A stretch of DNA of 64,000 bases from Cyanidioschyzon merolae (taxonomy: Eukaryota). The position numbers were made by a program, and so were the translations under genes. The stretch is taken from the NCBI GenBank assembly GCA_000091205.1, contig AP006495.2, one strand, 5' to 3'. The notes beneath the pieces were generated by a model. It had not been told where the DNA came from and searched no databases. It saw only the letters and a program-made list of their open reading frames with translations. Positions within the stretch are counted from its first letter, which is position 1. The number at the start of each line of letters is the position of its first letter. Shown here piece by piece: positions 45,009 through 57,500 of the stretch.

Positions 45009-46841
45009 ATGGAACTGAGCTCAGGGAACACGATCGAAACGGTGACGAGTGATCAGGATCTCAGGAATGAGACAGTGGGCTCGGATGATGGATCTGTCTT
45101 GAGCAAAAACGAGCTAAAGCGGCGTATGAAGGCGCAGCGCCTTGCTGCAGAGCGCGAACTGCGGCAGTCGAGCCGAGTTCAGCAACATCAGGCGGCTGCA
45201 CGCGATGCTTCCTCAGGAAACCAGGAAGCGGACGAAGAACTGATGACGTCCCAGCAGTATTTTAGCCACCGATGTCGAGTTGTCGAGCACTTTCGCTCCA
45301 GCGGAGAGGATCCCTACCCCCATAAGTTCTACGTGACGTGCAGCGTACCGCAGTTCATCGCCAAGTACTCATACTTGGGTGTAGGTGAGCGCCTCGATGG
45401 GGAAGAGGCTTTGGCAGGTCGCATTCGCTCGCGGCGCTTGTCTGGTTCGCGATTATTTTTTTACGATATTTTCGCTGATGGAACTAAAGTGCAAGTCATG
45501 GCCGACGCACGGTTGGATACTGCAGGCAATTTTGCCACTGTGCACAGTGCACTTCGCCGCGGGGACATCATAGGTGTCCGCGGCTATCCAGGACGAACGA
45601 AAACAGGTGAACTTAGTATCTTTCCCGTCGAGACGAGGCTGCTGTCACCGTGTCTACACATGCTGCCGAAACCGCACCAGATGCTAAGCGATCCAGAAAC
45701 ACGCTATCGCCAACGTTATTTGGACCTCATCGTGAACCGCGAGGTTCGCCCGATATTTGAACTCAGAGCAAATGTCATTCGCTTCATCCGCAAATTCCTG
45801 GACGAACGTGGTTTTCTCGAAGTCGAGACGCCGATCATGAATGCTGTTGCAGGTGGCGCGAACGCGAGGCCGTTTGTGACCTTTCATAACGAGCTTGGGG
45901 TCAATATGTATCTTCGCGTTGCACCAGAGCTCTACCTGAAAGAGCTCGTGATCGGCGGCCTGGATCGAGTTTATGAGTTGGGCCGAAACTTTCGAAATGA
46001 GGGTATCGATATGACGCACAATCCGGAGTTTACAGCCTGTGAATTTTACGCTGCATATCTGGACTATAAGGATTTGATGGATCTGACAGAAGCGATGTTG
46101 AGCTTGTTAGTGAAGGAGCTGACTGGGCATCTGAAAATCAAGTATCATCCCGAAGGGAGGCATGCTCTGGAGAACGAGGTCGAGATCGATTTTACCCCAC
46201 CGTTCAAACGGATCTCCGTCATGGATGCTCTGCGCGAAGCGCTTCCGAGCGAGCTGCGACCGCTATTTCCCGAATCTGAGCAACTCGGTACAGACGAGTC
46301 GCGCTTCCGTTTGGAGACTATTTGCGAGCGAGTGGGTGTAGTTTGCCCGCCTCCGGTCACAGAAGCACGCCTGCTAGATAAGCTTTTCGGGGCGCTCGTG
46401 GAGCCGAAGTGCGTTTCGCCCACGTTCGTTTGCGACCATCCGGAAATCATGAGCCCACTCGCAAAATGGCACCGGAATCGACCCGGCCTCACGGAACGGT
46501 TTGAACTTTTCGTGAATGGGCGCGAACTCTGCAATGCATACACAGAACTTAACGATCCCTTTGTGCAGAGGGAACGATTCCTGAGCTCACAACGGGACGC
46601 GGACAAAGGCGACGCGGAAGCAATGGCGAAAGATGAAGATTTCTGTACGGCGCTGGAATATGCACTTCCGCCAACTGCTGGCTGGGGCATTGGTATCGAC
46701 AGACTCGTGATGCTGCTCGCCGATCAGAACAACATCAAGGAGGTCGTGCTTTTCCCGGCACTGCGACCGCGCCCTAACTCTGACGGCGACGAGGCAGCAG
46801 AACTGCGAGATCGCGTTCAAGACCTGAAAGTTAAAGAATAA
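45009..46841 (+). CDS. KARS: lysyl-tRNA synthetase, class II (eukaryotic type)
   Basis: 610 aa starting at ATG. Anticodon-binding OB region; class II motif 2 [20 protein letters not shown]; motif 3 [31 protein letters not shown]-terminal Lys-rich tRNA-binding extension typical of eukaryotic LysRS. Confidence 0.93.
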   Translation: MELSSGNTIETVTSDQDLRNETVGSDDGSVLSKNELKRRMKAQRLAAERELRQSSRVQQHQAAARDASSGNQEADEELMTSQQYFSHRCRVVEHFRSSGEDPYPHKFYVTCSVPQFIAKYSYLGVGERLDGEEALAGRIRSRRLSGSRLFFYDIFADGTKVQVMADARLDTAGNFATVHSALRRGDIIGVRGYPGRTKTGELSIFPVETRLLSPCLHMLPKPHQMLSDPETRYRQRYLDLIVNREVRPIFELRANVIRFIRKFLDERGFLEVETPIMNAVAGGANARPFVTFHNELGVNMYLRVAPELYLKELVIGGLDRVYELGRNFRNEGIDMTHNPEFTACEFYAAYLDYKDLMDLTEAMLSLLVKELTGHLKIKYHPEGRHALENEVEIDFTPPFKRISVMDALREALPSELRPLFPESEQLGTDESRFRLETICERVGVVCPPPVTEARLLDKLFGALVEPKCVSPTFVCDHPEIMSPLAKWHRNRPGLTERFELFVNGRELCNAYTELNDPFVQRERFLSSQRDADKGDAEAMAKDEDFCTALEYALPPTAGWGIGIDRLVMLLADQNNIKEVVLFPALRPRPNSDGDEAAELRDRVQDLKVKE

Positions 46842-46928
46842 AGATCAACTTTTGGAATGCAGGTCAGTGAAGTAATTACTCCCAAATAAGAATAAAAAGG
46901 GACAGGTGCCATCTCACGGGCGCATAAT

Positions 46929-47376
46929 TTAAAGTTTGGGTCTTTTCCTTATCCCATCGGACTCAGAATTTGCGGACTCTTTCTGCAATTGCTTCCTTTT
47001 CCACTCACACATCTCAGGCTCTAGATACCAAGGTCGTTCCTGTCCGTCCAGCTCATTCGCCGACAATATAAAGATGTTAATGGAAGCTTTAAAGTCGTGA
47101 TTTCGTTGCTCCCAAATGTTTTCAACGTATTTCATGCATCGTTGGAAATAACGTTCTACGGTTCGCTTGGCAGTTTTCATCTTATTTGTATATGGCCTCG
47201 GTGCGCGCTTCGCAACAGTGACTCTTTACTCTGATCGGGTATTCCCATACATCCGTGAAATCTCCCCTGTCTCCGAAGGCTAACCAGTAGCGCGAGAAAG
47301 GTTGCTCCATCACTCGGTAGTTGCCTTTGACGGTCACGGAAGGCTTCAATCGATGACCTCTTCCATTTCTATACAA
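46929..47376 (-). CDS. candidate small two-exon gene (possible Cys-containing mitochondrial complex subunit, NDUFB9-like guess); the two ORF pieces are in different frames
   Basis: ORFs 47182..47376 (…YWLAFGDRGDFTDVWEYPIRVKSHCCEARTEAIYK) and 46929..47180 (MKTAKRTVERYFQRCMKYVENIWEQRNHDF…QERPWYLEPEMCEWKRKQLQ) are adjacent and offset by one frame. PWYLEPEMCEWKRK loosely resembles NDUFB9 YKVPEWCLDDWHPSEK. Confidence 0.25.
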
Positions 47377-48489
47377 AGTGCCGTACCGTGTGGTTACTGG
47401 CTCTCGCCCGGCAATCCCCTCGATCAGTATGCTATCCGCCTTACGCGAAAGCGCAAGCTGTTCGGTTCAAGAATTCACCAACTGCTTCTTTTCATGCCCT
47501 GGTGGCGTCCTTGATCGTGTTTAAACGCGAAGAATAAAATTAAAGTGTGCAAGTTAGCTCGTCCCCCGCCCTATGCTGTTTTCCGATCAGAACGCAAGAG
47601 GATTTATAAAATGCGACGTCATCCGTGATGTAACAAATGCCTTAGGGAAAATAGACATAGGAGAAAATCTCGAGAAATTTCGATCCGTAAATGATTCCTT
47701 CGTGGTAAGCGACATCGACTGTGAATCAAATCCGGATCTGAGGCCCTGTTCAATGTGAAACGATCAGACAAAAGCGAGTAGGGTGCATATCCGGGGAGAT
47801 ATCCTGTTGTTGTGGAATGTAGTTTCGGCGATGTTCACAAAGAGCAGCGGATTCGTCGTTCGGACGTATCTGACTATTTGGCGTGAGAATTTCGCTCATG
47901 TTTCAGCATGGTCTTGTGAGGAAGCCATCGTAAACCGACTTCGGATGCTTTTACTCGTCCGCGTGGTTGCGCGAGGCCCTACGTCCATAAGTTACCTTGA
48001 AACAGAAAAATCGAGAGCTTGAGGAATGCGTAATTTGAACATGCTACACGTCTGGAAAGGAGAAGACTGGAGGCTTGTTCGTTTGAATATGGATCATGAT
48101 ATCGGTTCTTTGCCGAATTTTGCTCGAGTGTGTCGCCAATCATTTTGATTACATTGATGGCAAGCATTCCAACTGCGCAGCATTGAAGAAGTCGATCCCA
48201 AAACGAGGCCCGAGAACCCCAATTTGCTAATGCATCAGGAATAACTTATCGCAGCAAATTGTATGCCACGTCTGTACATGTAAAAAAGTTTGAAAACGAG
48301 ATCGAAAGGTAGGAATAGATCGTGCAGCTCAAAGTCTTTCAATTCAGTTTTATTCAACATTCACTGCAGTGTGTGGCAGGGATTTGACGCCTGGAAGCAA
48401 GGTACCCTATAGACTGTTGACGAATTGCCTTTAGGATATACATTCTTTACTGAACAGTGAAAGGAGGACTGCATTCCCCCTTAAGGTCA

Positions 48490-49800
48490 GTCAAACCACA
48501 ATATTCAGATGGGTGAGGAATGCGGAATCAAAGGAATGAATGCTGTCCGCGCCAAAAACTGGTATTCTCGAAGACTGCTTGCAGTCAATAGTAGAAAACG
48601 ACACTTTGGACTCGCTACGGTAAGCAAAAGCGACGTTGGTAGCGGCAAATGGCTTTTCAGTTTCTCAACAACGCGTTCGTGTGGCCCTGAAAAAAACTGG
48701 ATACTGTCGCAAAAAGAAAGTCTTAGTTTATGCACGGCCATTTCCCACCGAGGTCGCAGCTAATTCAGCGTTCCAGGAACGTCGCTATCCGTATGAAGCA
48801 CAGGGACAAGGACGTCGGTTTGCTCTTTCAGTCGATGAGAATTGCTTCGGACGAAACGGTCAGAACGCATTCGGGTATTCGCGGAACGGGAGCCCGTTGT
48901 ACGAAAGACCGAACTGGAAGAGAACGACGACATACCACCTGGCCTAGCTGCAGGGGATGTATTTAACGGCCTCAGTTCGCTCGTAGGGAAGGTTCATACA
49001 ACAACACCGTATTTGCCAAATTATTGAAGTCTTTTCCTTGACGTCTGGTGACGTCCTTCTGTTCGACGACGTAGTGTTTCACCATTCCACTTGCAACTGA
49101 GCTTCTGCGGATTCTCTCTGGCCAGAACTGCTTTTCATTCCGCGGTGTACTTCGTGGTCGAACCCAGTCCAGCAAGTGTTTTCTGTTGTGAAACATAATG
49201 ATAGCTCCACTGGGCGAATGTTTTTGTTTGGAAAACCGTTTACATTGACGACGGATCCGAGGTTGCGGGACGAATACCGCCTTCCGGGAAAGCGTCCACC
49301 ATGCCGCACACTACCTCCAAGTGCCAATACCTGTACTCGGTTGTACCGGTCGTTTCGTAGGTACTAACGCTCGCCAACCCTGTCGTTATAATCAGCATCA
49401 AACGTCTATATCGCTTGTACAGATGCTGCACCGATACAGAAAGCCCTTGCCATATCTATGAGCGCGTCGGCTCGAGACGTGGTTCACTCGACATGAGGTC
49501 GGGACTCTTCAACTTTCTGGGAGCCTGCAAACTGCGCAGACAGACCTACAACCTGCGGCAGCACGAAGCGATATCCTAGGAGCCCATCGCAACCAGAGCG
49601 ACGCCCGGATGCAACCTACACGCTCCATTTCGCATAATAAACTGTGTTGCGGACGAGTTGCTCAGACCTCGCTGTAGCACCCGGCACCGAAGAGACATAC
49701 GCTTCGCAAGCCCGGCAGACTCGTCCAGTTCGCCGGACCTCCCGCCTAGGAGGTAAACATTCTAGAATACGACAGTGTTTTCCCGTCAACGCTGGCCGTA
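48490..49800. repeat. ~1.3-kb diverged dispersed element, copy B
   Basis: See copy A. The 3' module is 49443..49758 (AGCGCGTCGGCTCGAGACGTGGTTCA...CCGCCTAGGAGGTAAAC). The 5' module is a degraded TCGCGACG region at 48558..48650 (CTGGTATTCTCGAAGACTG...TACGGTAAGCAAAAGCGACG). Confidence 0.7.
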
Positions 49801-50066
49801 AAGAAAGAAAGATATTTTTCTATTTTGTTTGTTAAAGATTACTTGTGTTCCCTGATCAAGAAATTGCGATTGCGCGATACACATGAGTAGGACCGCACCT
49901 GCGACATGCGCTGGGTGCGTCGCATCGCTGGCAGTGCAAATTTGTCGCAAATAGTCCCCGAGATCGTTGCTCGTGTGTCGGCACCGCAGATGCATGGAGA
50001 AGCAATGGCGCTCCAGGCGCGCTTCGATGCTGGCGGCGGAATCCGAACGATCTGGACCATTCAATC

Positions 50067-51572
50067 ATGTATGGATGGTCATCGTGCGCCGTTGCACGAG
50101 CGACGGCACATCATATGGCACCTGCGGGTAGGCAGAAATGCAATTTTGACTGCATTGGTGCTCTTAAGCAAGCGCTCAAGCACGCAACCCTCAGGATAAA
50201 CGTCATGAACTCTGCGTTTATTCAACCCTCGGCACACTTATCGAGAACAACAAGTTCGGGTCAGCTAAACTTGCTGACTTCTCAAAGTCAGACGTTGGGT
50301 ACGAACTCTGGCTCACAGAGTGCGTGCCCAGCATCACCGAACTTGGGCACGGGGCCCAGCTATGCGCAGTGGACCCCTGGTTTGGTGACGCCGCCTCTGC
50401 AAGGACCCCCTAACCGAATTCACGCTGCATATTATCACGTGTACCATCATAGCAACCACTTGGCGAACAACATTGTCGCCCGATTGGGAACCCCGACGGC
50501 CACTGCGCTCAATTACTGGCAGCAACCGAGTTGTCCGTTTCTGAGCGGTCAGGAGCGACCGGCAGTACAGAGTGATCTCAGCTTTCTCAGCGGCAGCAAC
50601 TGCGAGGATGAGAACGGAGCGGGGTATCGATTGTTTGAGTCTGTTCTGGACCAGTTGGAAAACACGACTCAGCAAGCGCGAAACGCCTCAACGTTCTGGC
50701 TAACTAGTACCGACGCTGAGCATCCAGATCGAATGGACACTTTCGGAGCCGAAGAGCTCGAAGAACTGGAACAGCAACTTTATCAAGTACCACTAGCAGA
50801 GAGTGAGTACGGAGGGCTAGCTGCCCCAAGCGATAATTTCCTCAGTGCGAATCGTCGCGAGCTTTCACACCAAGAAAGGAGCGCCAGCGCGCCAGAGACG
50901 ATCCAGTGCTCCTCGGACATATACAGTTCAGATGAAGAAGCAACGAGCAGCGAGCATGACAGCGACATCTGCTATGCACAGTTTATGCCAGCTGGAGGCG
51001 CGACTGCAGCGCAAACGCTGAGCCCGCTCTCCGGGAGTAGTGCGGTCGGGACACTTGCCCAACAAGCTCTGCGTGAACACTCCACCGATAACCACCTGGG
51101 CGAGAGACATCTTTTCATAAGAGACAGTGATGTCGCTTTCTACATTGCTCTCACTTCACCGAATATTTCGAAGGCGAGATACACGGATATAATTGCTAAC
51201 ATGAAACGTCGAGGGGTTATCGACACGGGGAACACTGACTGGGAGAAAAAGCTAGTTCAAGTGCGTGCCTCCCGGCCAGTTCCAAAGCACCTGGCACGCG
51301 CAATGAGCGGGGAAAACGCCATCGCATGCGCAGAGCGTGCTGTTTTGGTGGCGAGCGCGCGAGAGAAGGATATTGAAGGGAAATCTGTTGTAACCGAGTG
51401 TGAGAAACTGAGCGCATGCATGACCGTTCCAACGGAGTGGATCGTGCCAGTGGACGCGTCTCGACGAAGAAAAAGTATATCGCTTGATCAGCTGCTGCCG
51501 AGTTTGAACCGAAAGGTCCATCAGTCTAATAACGTGTTGCTCTTCGTGCTACTGAAGAAGCAAGATGCCTAA
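50067..51572 (+). CDS. hypothetical protein with S/T/Q/P-rich low-complexity N-terminal half and a conserved-looking C-terminal domain
   Basis: 501-aa ORF from ATG. Acidic stretch EELEELEQQLYQ...SSDEEATSSEHDSD. The C-terminal 150 aa are of normal complexity (HLFIRDSDVAFYIALTSPNISKARYTDIIANMKRRGVIDTGNTDWEKK). No family recognised. Confidence 0.5.
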   Translation: MYGWSSCAVARATAHHMAPAGRQKCNFDCIGALKQALKHATLRINVMNSAFIQPSAHLSRTTSSGQLNLLTSQSQTLGTNSGSQSACPASPNLGTGPSYAQWTPGLVTPPLQGPPNRIHAAYYHVYHHSNHLANNIVARLGTPTATALNYWQQPSCPFLSGQERPAVQSDLSFLSGSNCEDENGAGYRLFESVLDQLENTTQQARNASTFWLTSTDAEHPDRMDTFGAEELEELEQQLYQVPLAESEYGGLAAPSDNFLSANRRELSHQERSASAPETIQCSSDIYSSDEEATSSEHDSDICYAQFMPAGGATAAQTLSPLSGSSAVGTLAQQALREHSTDNHLGERHLFIRDSDVAFYIALTSPNISKARYTDIIANMKRRGVIDTGNTDWEKKLVQVRASRPVPKHLARAMSGENAIACAERAVLVASAREKDIEGKSVVTECEKLSACMTVPTEWIVPVDASRRRKSISLDQLLPSLNRKVHQSNNVLLFVLLKKQDA

Positions 51573-52717
51573 AAATCGTGTAAATTCTACCGAACGGAGT
51601 CTAACCGCATGAATCCTCTGTGATTTCCATATACAATCCGAGCTGCGGGCTCCGGAGGCCAGCAGCTAAGAAGCGGACACCGGAGCGGGTACACTGGCAG
51701 ATTGAATCGTTCCGGGCAAAGCATACCGCGCTCTGACATAGACGCTCTTTACAAATGTAGGCTGCACGGTTGACGCGAATGCTTTAAAGACCGCAGACGT
51801 AAGCGGGTCGATTGTTGCTCATCTTCGCCGGATGCAAAGCAAGTCACTTTTTCAGAGCGAAGATATACGCTGGAAACGGAGACGCGGAGATATCATGACT
51901 ATGCTCGAATCAGTTTACTGCAGCCTGATCTCCGGTGGTGAACGTGAGTGTGAAATACTCATGGGAGCTGGTTGGGCGCAGCGAACGCGGCACACAGTCG
52001 CAGCTTGCTGAAATACTCGGCGCTCTGCACGGTTTGAATTGATGCGTGCCGCGCCCCGGTGTTTCGTCGAAATCGCTGTGCTGCATACAGAAAGATCAGC
52101 AGATTTGGTTGACAGGTTCACTGGGAAGAATGCGTTCGTCTCCAACATATGCTGTCGAGCACTGAATGTCGCGGCTGCCTTGTCGAAGCGGAAATGGAAA
52201 GATGGGAAACCCCCAAAATGGCACTCGCAGTTCGATGATCTACTCAATCCAGAGAGGGGGATCATCTTTTGCAGGGCCGCCTGCTCTGGAGCTTGCGTTC
52301 TGCGATCCGCAACATACAAATGTTGTGAAACGAGGTCGGCATGCCGGTTTTGGAGACTGCTGGCAGACTTGTGCATGAAAGCGCTGCATTTTGTGGCATT
52401 CTCTGCATTCCCTTGAGCGTCGCCGCGATTCATCGGTTCAACAAGAGAACAGGTCGCTCGCCTGACCCTTTTCAAGAAACATCTTGGAGAAGAACATACA
52501 TTAGACGTTGTCATTCGTCAGTTCTGGATGCGGCAGGCGGGCACTACTGCATATTTGCTCGGTGCACCAGTGGCCAGCAGCCCCACCAACTGATTTAGGG
52601 CAAGTTTGCCAGGTCATATAGTGATCCTCGCGCGAAGGCAAGAGTGCCGCCGCCGCGTGGGACTCTGCAGTTCCCAACTCGTTTTCCAGCAGCGTCTGAA
52701 AAAAATCCGTATTCTTC

Positions 52718-53437
52718 TCAGTCATCTTTCTTTCCTCGCATGGATTTTTGCTCATCATCGCTCGCACTGTCCTGGGCAATTGCCTCATCTGCGCTCGAGT
52801 CGCTGACGTTGCCCACGTCGCCGACGGGAGTCACATGCTGCGTCTCACCAGGCTGACTCCGGCTCTGAACTGCGGTGTCATCGATATGAGAGTCAGATCC
52901 TTGTCTCGCTGATGCCTGGTTTCGACTCGGGTCGAGCCCTAGAAGCTTGAGGAGAGGGTTCGGCTCCGATTTGAACGGCCGCTCCAGGGCACCGGTATCA
53001 CGATGCCCAAGAAGATGTATCTTGATGAGAGGGTCATCCAGCTGTCGAACAAAGCCCATAATAGCCTGAAGAATGAGCGGTGCAACAGAGCCCATCTTCC
53101 AGTGAAGAAAAACCAGCAACGCCGTCTGGAGGAACAGCTGCGAGCGCGTAGCGTCCAACAACGAAATGTCATATTCTTGTACCGTCAACCGTTGACGCAC
53201 ATTCGGGTCTGGAGTCGGGTTCTGCAACGTCGGCTTCAACGGAACCTCCAGCAGCCTACCATCTGCCTTCTTGATGACAAGTCTTCGTACAAAAGCGTTC
53301 AGCAGCAGCGCTGTGAGCAGAAAAGTTGCGTAGGCTGTTCGTGCGCCCAGAATAACGCGTTCATCTTTTTGATCAAGCTTATTCACCAGATGCATCACGA
53401 CGAAAAGCAACGCTATGTTTCGTATTTGTGCGTTCAT
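52718..53437 (-). CDS. PHO88/SND3-family ER membrane protein (SRP-independent targeting component)
   Basis: MNAQIRNIALLFVVMHLVNKLDQKDERVIL..., TVQEYDISLLD and KIHLLGHRDTGALERPFKS align with yeast Pho88 (MNPQVSNIIIMLVMMQLSRRIDMEDPTII..., TVRDYDLKEID, KIHLFGKPATGDLKRPFKA). 239 aa, ATG start, acidic Ser/Asp-rich tail. Confidence 0.85.
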   Translation of the reverse strand: MNAQIRNIALLFVVMHLVNKLDQKDERVILGARTAYATFLLTALLLNAFVRRLVIKKADGRLLEVPLKPTLQNPTPDPNVRQRLTVQEYDISLLDATRSQLFLQTALLVFLHWKMGSVAPLILQAIMGFVRQLDDPLIKIHLLGHRDTGALERPFKSEPNPLLKLLGLDPSRNQASARQGSDSHIDDTAVQSRSQPGETQHVTPVGDVGNVSDSSADEAIAQDSASDDEQKSMRGKKDD

Positions 53438-54469
53438 CTTGCCAGGGAATAAAGTTCGGTGACAGGAGTACAGTATACAAATGTTTAACTTATATTCGTC
53501 CCCGCCCGCTGATCAACACCGGGACGGCGATGATGCTGCGGGTGGCGGCGCGTGTGGTGCGCGGGGCTGCATATGCGGCTGCTGTAAAAGCGCAAGCTTG
53601 ATGCTCCGGCACCGTGCTCCACGTGCTTCTGCAAACGTTTTCTTCTCATGTGTGCGTGTGAATCATTCAGCGAACGCGTGGATGCGTAGAAGCGTCTTGC
53701 TATCGGGGCGGTGTCTTCTGGCATACCTTTGCCAGCAGATACGCTTTTTTTGTTCTGCCTCGGAATCACGAGCCAAAGGAATAAATCTCGCAAATTGGGG
53801 ACAGACTATGAAGGAACTTGATGCTGTCCGTACTAGATTGCGAACATGTGGCTTTGCTCGTAGAAATCAGTTACCCTACAGTGATCAAGTGAATGAACTA
53901 CCTGTCTCGTTGTCTTAATGATGGACGTTGTGTACTTAAACCTGAACTTATCAAACTCTGTCTACACCAGTGCCTTCTCGTCAGCGCATTTCCCACTATA
54001 GGTTCTCTAAGAGTTACCACCAAAGAGGCCACAGGATGCGAAGATTCCCCATCTTTGACATGAGCGGTGAGAAAGAGACACGGATCGGCCAGGGGCAAAG
54101 CTTGCATCGATGGGAGACCGCTGCGCGTTGAGCGTTGCGCTACGGATTTCGTTGTAAAAAGCGTACGCTTTTCTTTAAAGGGAAGCACGTTCGTCTTACT
54201 TGATGGGAGGTCATGCGAGGGAAATCGTAGAAGCGCATACGGATACTCAAAGGGAAGTAAACGGGTATTGATAAAGAACAGATATGCGAGAATTACGAAG
54301 ACTGCAGCCGCAGCGCCGATGCTGTCGATTTGCCAACGAAAACATCGCCAGACGGACAGAGTCGTTCAAAAAAACAGCCGTCGAAAGAGCACTTTGTAGC
54401 TTCTAAATCCCATTTTTTGTCCTGCTGTCAGACGATATCGCTCTGATTATTCAAAAGCGGTCACGGAGT

Positions 54470-54580
54470 ATGCGGCTGAGACAAGCTTTCAGCTGCACTT
54501 TGTGCCAGCGTACTACCCCTGGTTCAATCCATTCGAAGTCGTCTTCTCTGTTGTCACACGCAAATTTTGTTACACGCTTC
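54470..54580 (+). pseudogene. short relic of a Tc1/mariner/IS630-type DDE transposase (C-terminal catalytic-E region)
   Basis: One frame reads YSKAVTEYAAETSFQLHFVPAYYPWFNPFEVVFSVVTRKFCYTLP*. This matches the conserved L-P-P-Y-S-P-x-L-N-P-I-E-x-V-W-S-x-L-K-R block, which contains the catalytic Glu of the DDE triad. Stops lie on both sides. Confidence 0.35.
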
Positions 54581-57500
54581 CATGAAAGAGCCGTTGGCGT
54601 CTTGACGCTGTTCTTCGGTAATAAGTTGTTCAACGAGACTTTCTTTACCTAAACACGTTTTGAAATGCCCTAGTGCCTCCCTGTTTGTGCACGGGATGGA
54701 GCGGCAAATTGCATCTCGGTACAAGGGCGTGACCATAGCCGAATAAGTAACCAAGACGCTCTTATGGAATAGTCTATGTATGTACGGCTCGAGGATTTTC
54801 ATTCCCATTGTTCACCCATTATGTCCAGTTTCCGATGCAACAACGTGTGCATTATATAAAGAAAACATCCATGCGAATGTGCCTACTAAAAGAGAAACAG
54901 AAGATACCAAATGAAATAGGAGAGAAAGTCCCTTATGAAAAGAGGACGAACATGGAACGGAAGCGGAATCTCTAGGAGCGGAAGCATCAGTCTAAAATCA
55001 TTGTCAATGCCTCCTTACGAAAACACAGCGGTGAGAATATGCGGAAAGTATGTTGGAGAACCCCATTAAGGATCGCGTGGGTTTTTCAAAGAGAAATTCT
55101 CGCCCAGTTCTCATCTTCTTGGCGCATTTTATCAACTTGCTGTTTGCGAGAGTTCCGGATGCAGTGTTACCAGCCGTCCACATTTCTCTGGAAATTTCGA
55201 TCGTACCCTGGAGCGACAATACAGCTGATGCCTGGGACAAAGGGTTCAATACGGCCTGATCGCATGATAGGAGATTACACACAGGCTTCCCGAAATACCT
55301 CGACAAGACGGCGAGCCACGTTGGCGAGAGCGACATCTACAGCGCAATTTCAAAAGCATGCCAGACCAGTCTCAAAACCCATACGCGGATCTGCCTAGAG
55401 CGCTTCATGAGGCGCCCCTTTAGGCATTGTAACTGTTGCAACTTCACCTTACCTACCCAGAAAACTGGAGACTGATCGAAGAAGTTCTTCGGGTGTCGAT
55501 GGAGGCAAGCAATGAGGTGGAGATAACGGAAGAGATCGGAATGGCAGCAAGTCCGGAAGCAATGTTGAACCCAGAACGAGACGTGCTTCACTTCGTACCA
55601 GTCAATCTTGTTGCTCTAGGTCTCGAACAGACGTTCGTCATAACCAAAGAATGGTTGCAAAGTGATGTCTTCTTTTCCTCCATCTGGCGCGACAATCCTC
55701 AGCAGCGCCCTCGAGTGCAGAGCAGAATCCCTCCCAGAGTCCGAGCGCCATCGCTGTCTCAAGCCTCTATTGGATGTAGTGCCCGTAGACCAGATCAGGA
55801 CGGATTATATCGCCTTAGACACTATTGGATTGTATGGCCTCCTTAGTGTGCTACATATGGTCTCTGCGCGCACGTGCGAAGCATTCGGAAAACGCTGCAA
55901 TGGGCATTGACTTGTTCGATCAAGATATCTCGTTCACTGGGATGAAATGGAGTGAAGTTTATAGGTACGCTTGAGGCCCGCGGAATATCATTCTTCGTGC
56001 AGTTTGAGAAACTTATACCTTAACCGAGAAACGAGTATCGTTCCCAAACTTTTGAGGTCGATAGAGAGAAAAATCTCTTGATGAGTTTGGATCCCGGATT
56101 AACGAACAGTGTGGCTGTCGACGTACTTCTAAACCAAGAGGACGGAGCGAGAGTTTTGAACGATATGCAGATGAAGCTGGCCAAGTATTTTGAGGGCTCG
56201 CTATCACCGGAAGTCATGCATGGCAGGCACGAGGAGGCACACCAACGGACGGATTGAAGGCACCAGTACCAATCATGACGCTCCGAGTACCTTATTGAAC
56301 AGAACAAGATGATTTGCACGCTTCATCAAGAGCGTGCGTGTGCGTCCCAACGGTTGATGCGGACGACTCTGGAGGGCGCACGTGAGAGTGCGCTGGGGTC
56401 AGCAACACTTCGCGTTCAATGGAAGCAAGAAGCGTGCGTTCACCAACGTGTTCAATCGTTTGGAATTGTGGTTACCAGTCCGCTGTGTCGTGTAGTTGTA
56501 GAATGTGGCGCTGGAAGTGCTGTAACGTTCATATTCTGTACTCCTGCTCCTTTTGACGAGCGCGTAAAACAATTGCATCAATCGGTTCTGTACGATTCCT
56601 GTCGAAGCGTTCGGGGCGACATGTGCGCATCACGGGTTGGGATTCGGGTACAGAGTAAACGAGGTATAGAAGCAGGTGACGATCAGCAGTAAGACGCACG
56701 AGATGGTGCATGGTAAGAAGACCGAACGCCGGATGCCGAAGCAATCGACAATGAGAGGCTTCCTCCGACGTGACCGTACCATCAAGAATTCGTTCATGCA
56801 CTTTCTAAAATAGGACTTGAGCGCCTCAATCAATATACCGCAATGTCTCCTGCATCCGGAGCGTCCAGAGGCTTGCTGTTGAACGAGCTTTCGAGCGAGT
56901 TGCTTAGTACACAGCTTGGACATCAATCTGTAGTGATGAACAGCTCGCACCGGAAGAAATCAGCAGCAAGGAGAGAGGGTTGAACTTCCTCTGGAGCAGG
57001 GCTTTGGTATGTCGTGGTCAACAATCCGACAAGGCTGGAGCACAGCATCTATGCGCCCGGTATGATTTTCCCAGGAAACTGGTGAGCCATAAGGGCATCC
57101 AATGGGTCTATATTGCTCTATTTATCGCAGCATGAACGTAACCATTTCCGTGAATGCTTCCGCGCAGCACAAAGGCGGGCAGCGTCGCCGATGCTTCTCG
57201 CACTTCTGTGCGGACAGTGATCCCGATATCGCCGAATGCGCTGCTCGAAGCTTCCGGACTGGGACCAGTGCTTCCAGTTGCGAAAGCACGCTCATCTGTG
57301 CCTTCTGGGTCTACTCCGGGACCGTAGATTCCGGCGTTAAACTATTTGCCTCATAAATGCGTAGCATTTCGAGTGGCAATAAAATGACAAGCCAGTTGTA
57401 GCTTTTTCCACACTTTCAACGTCCTCCTCGCACGCGAGGACGGTTGCCTTCTGCTGCACCTCCTGCCAAGGTGCACGCTTGCGAGTGCGTCGCTTGTTTT

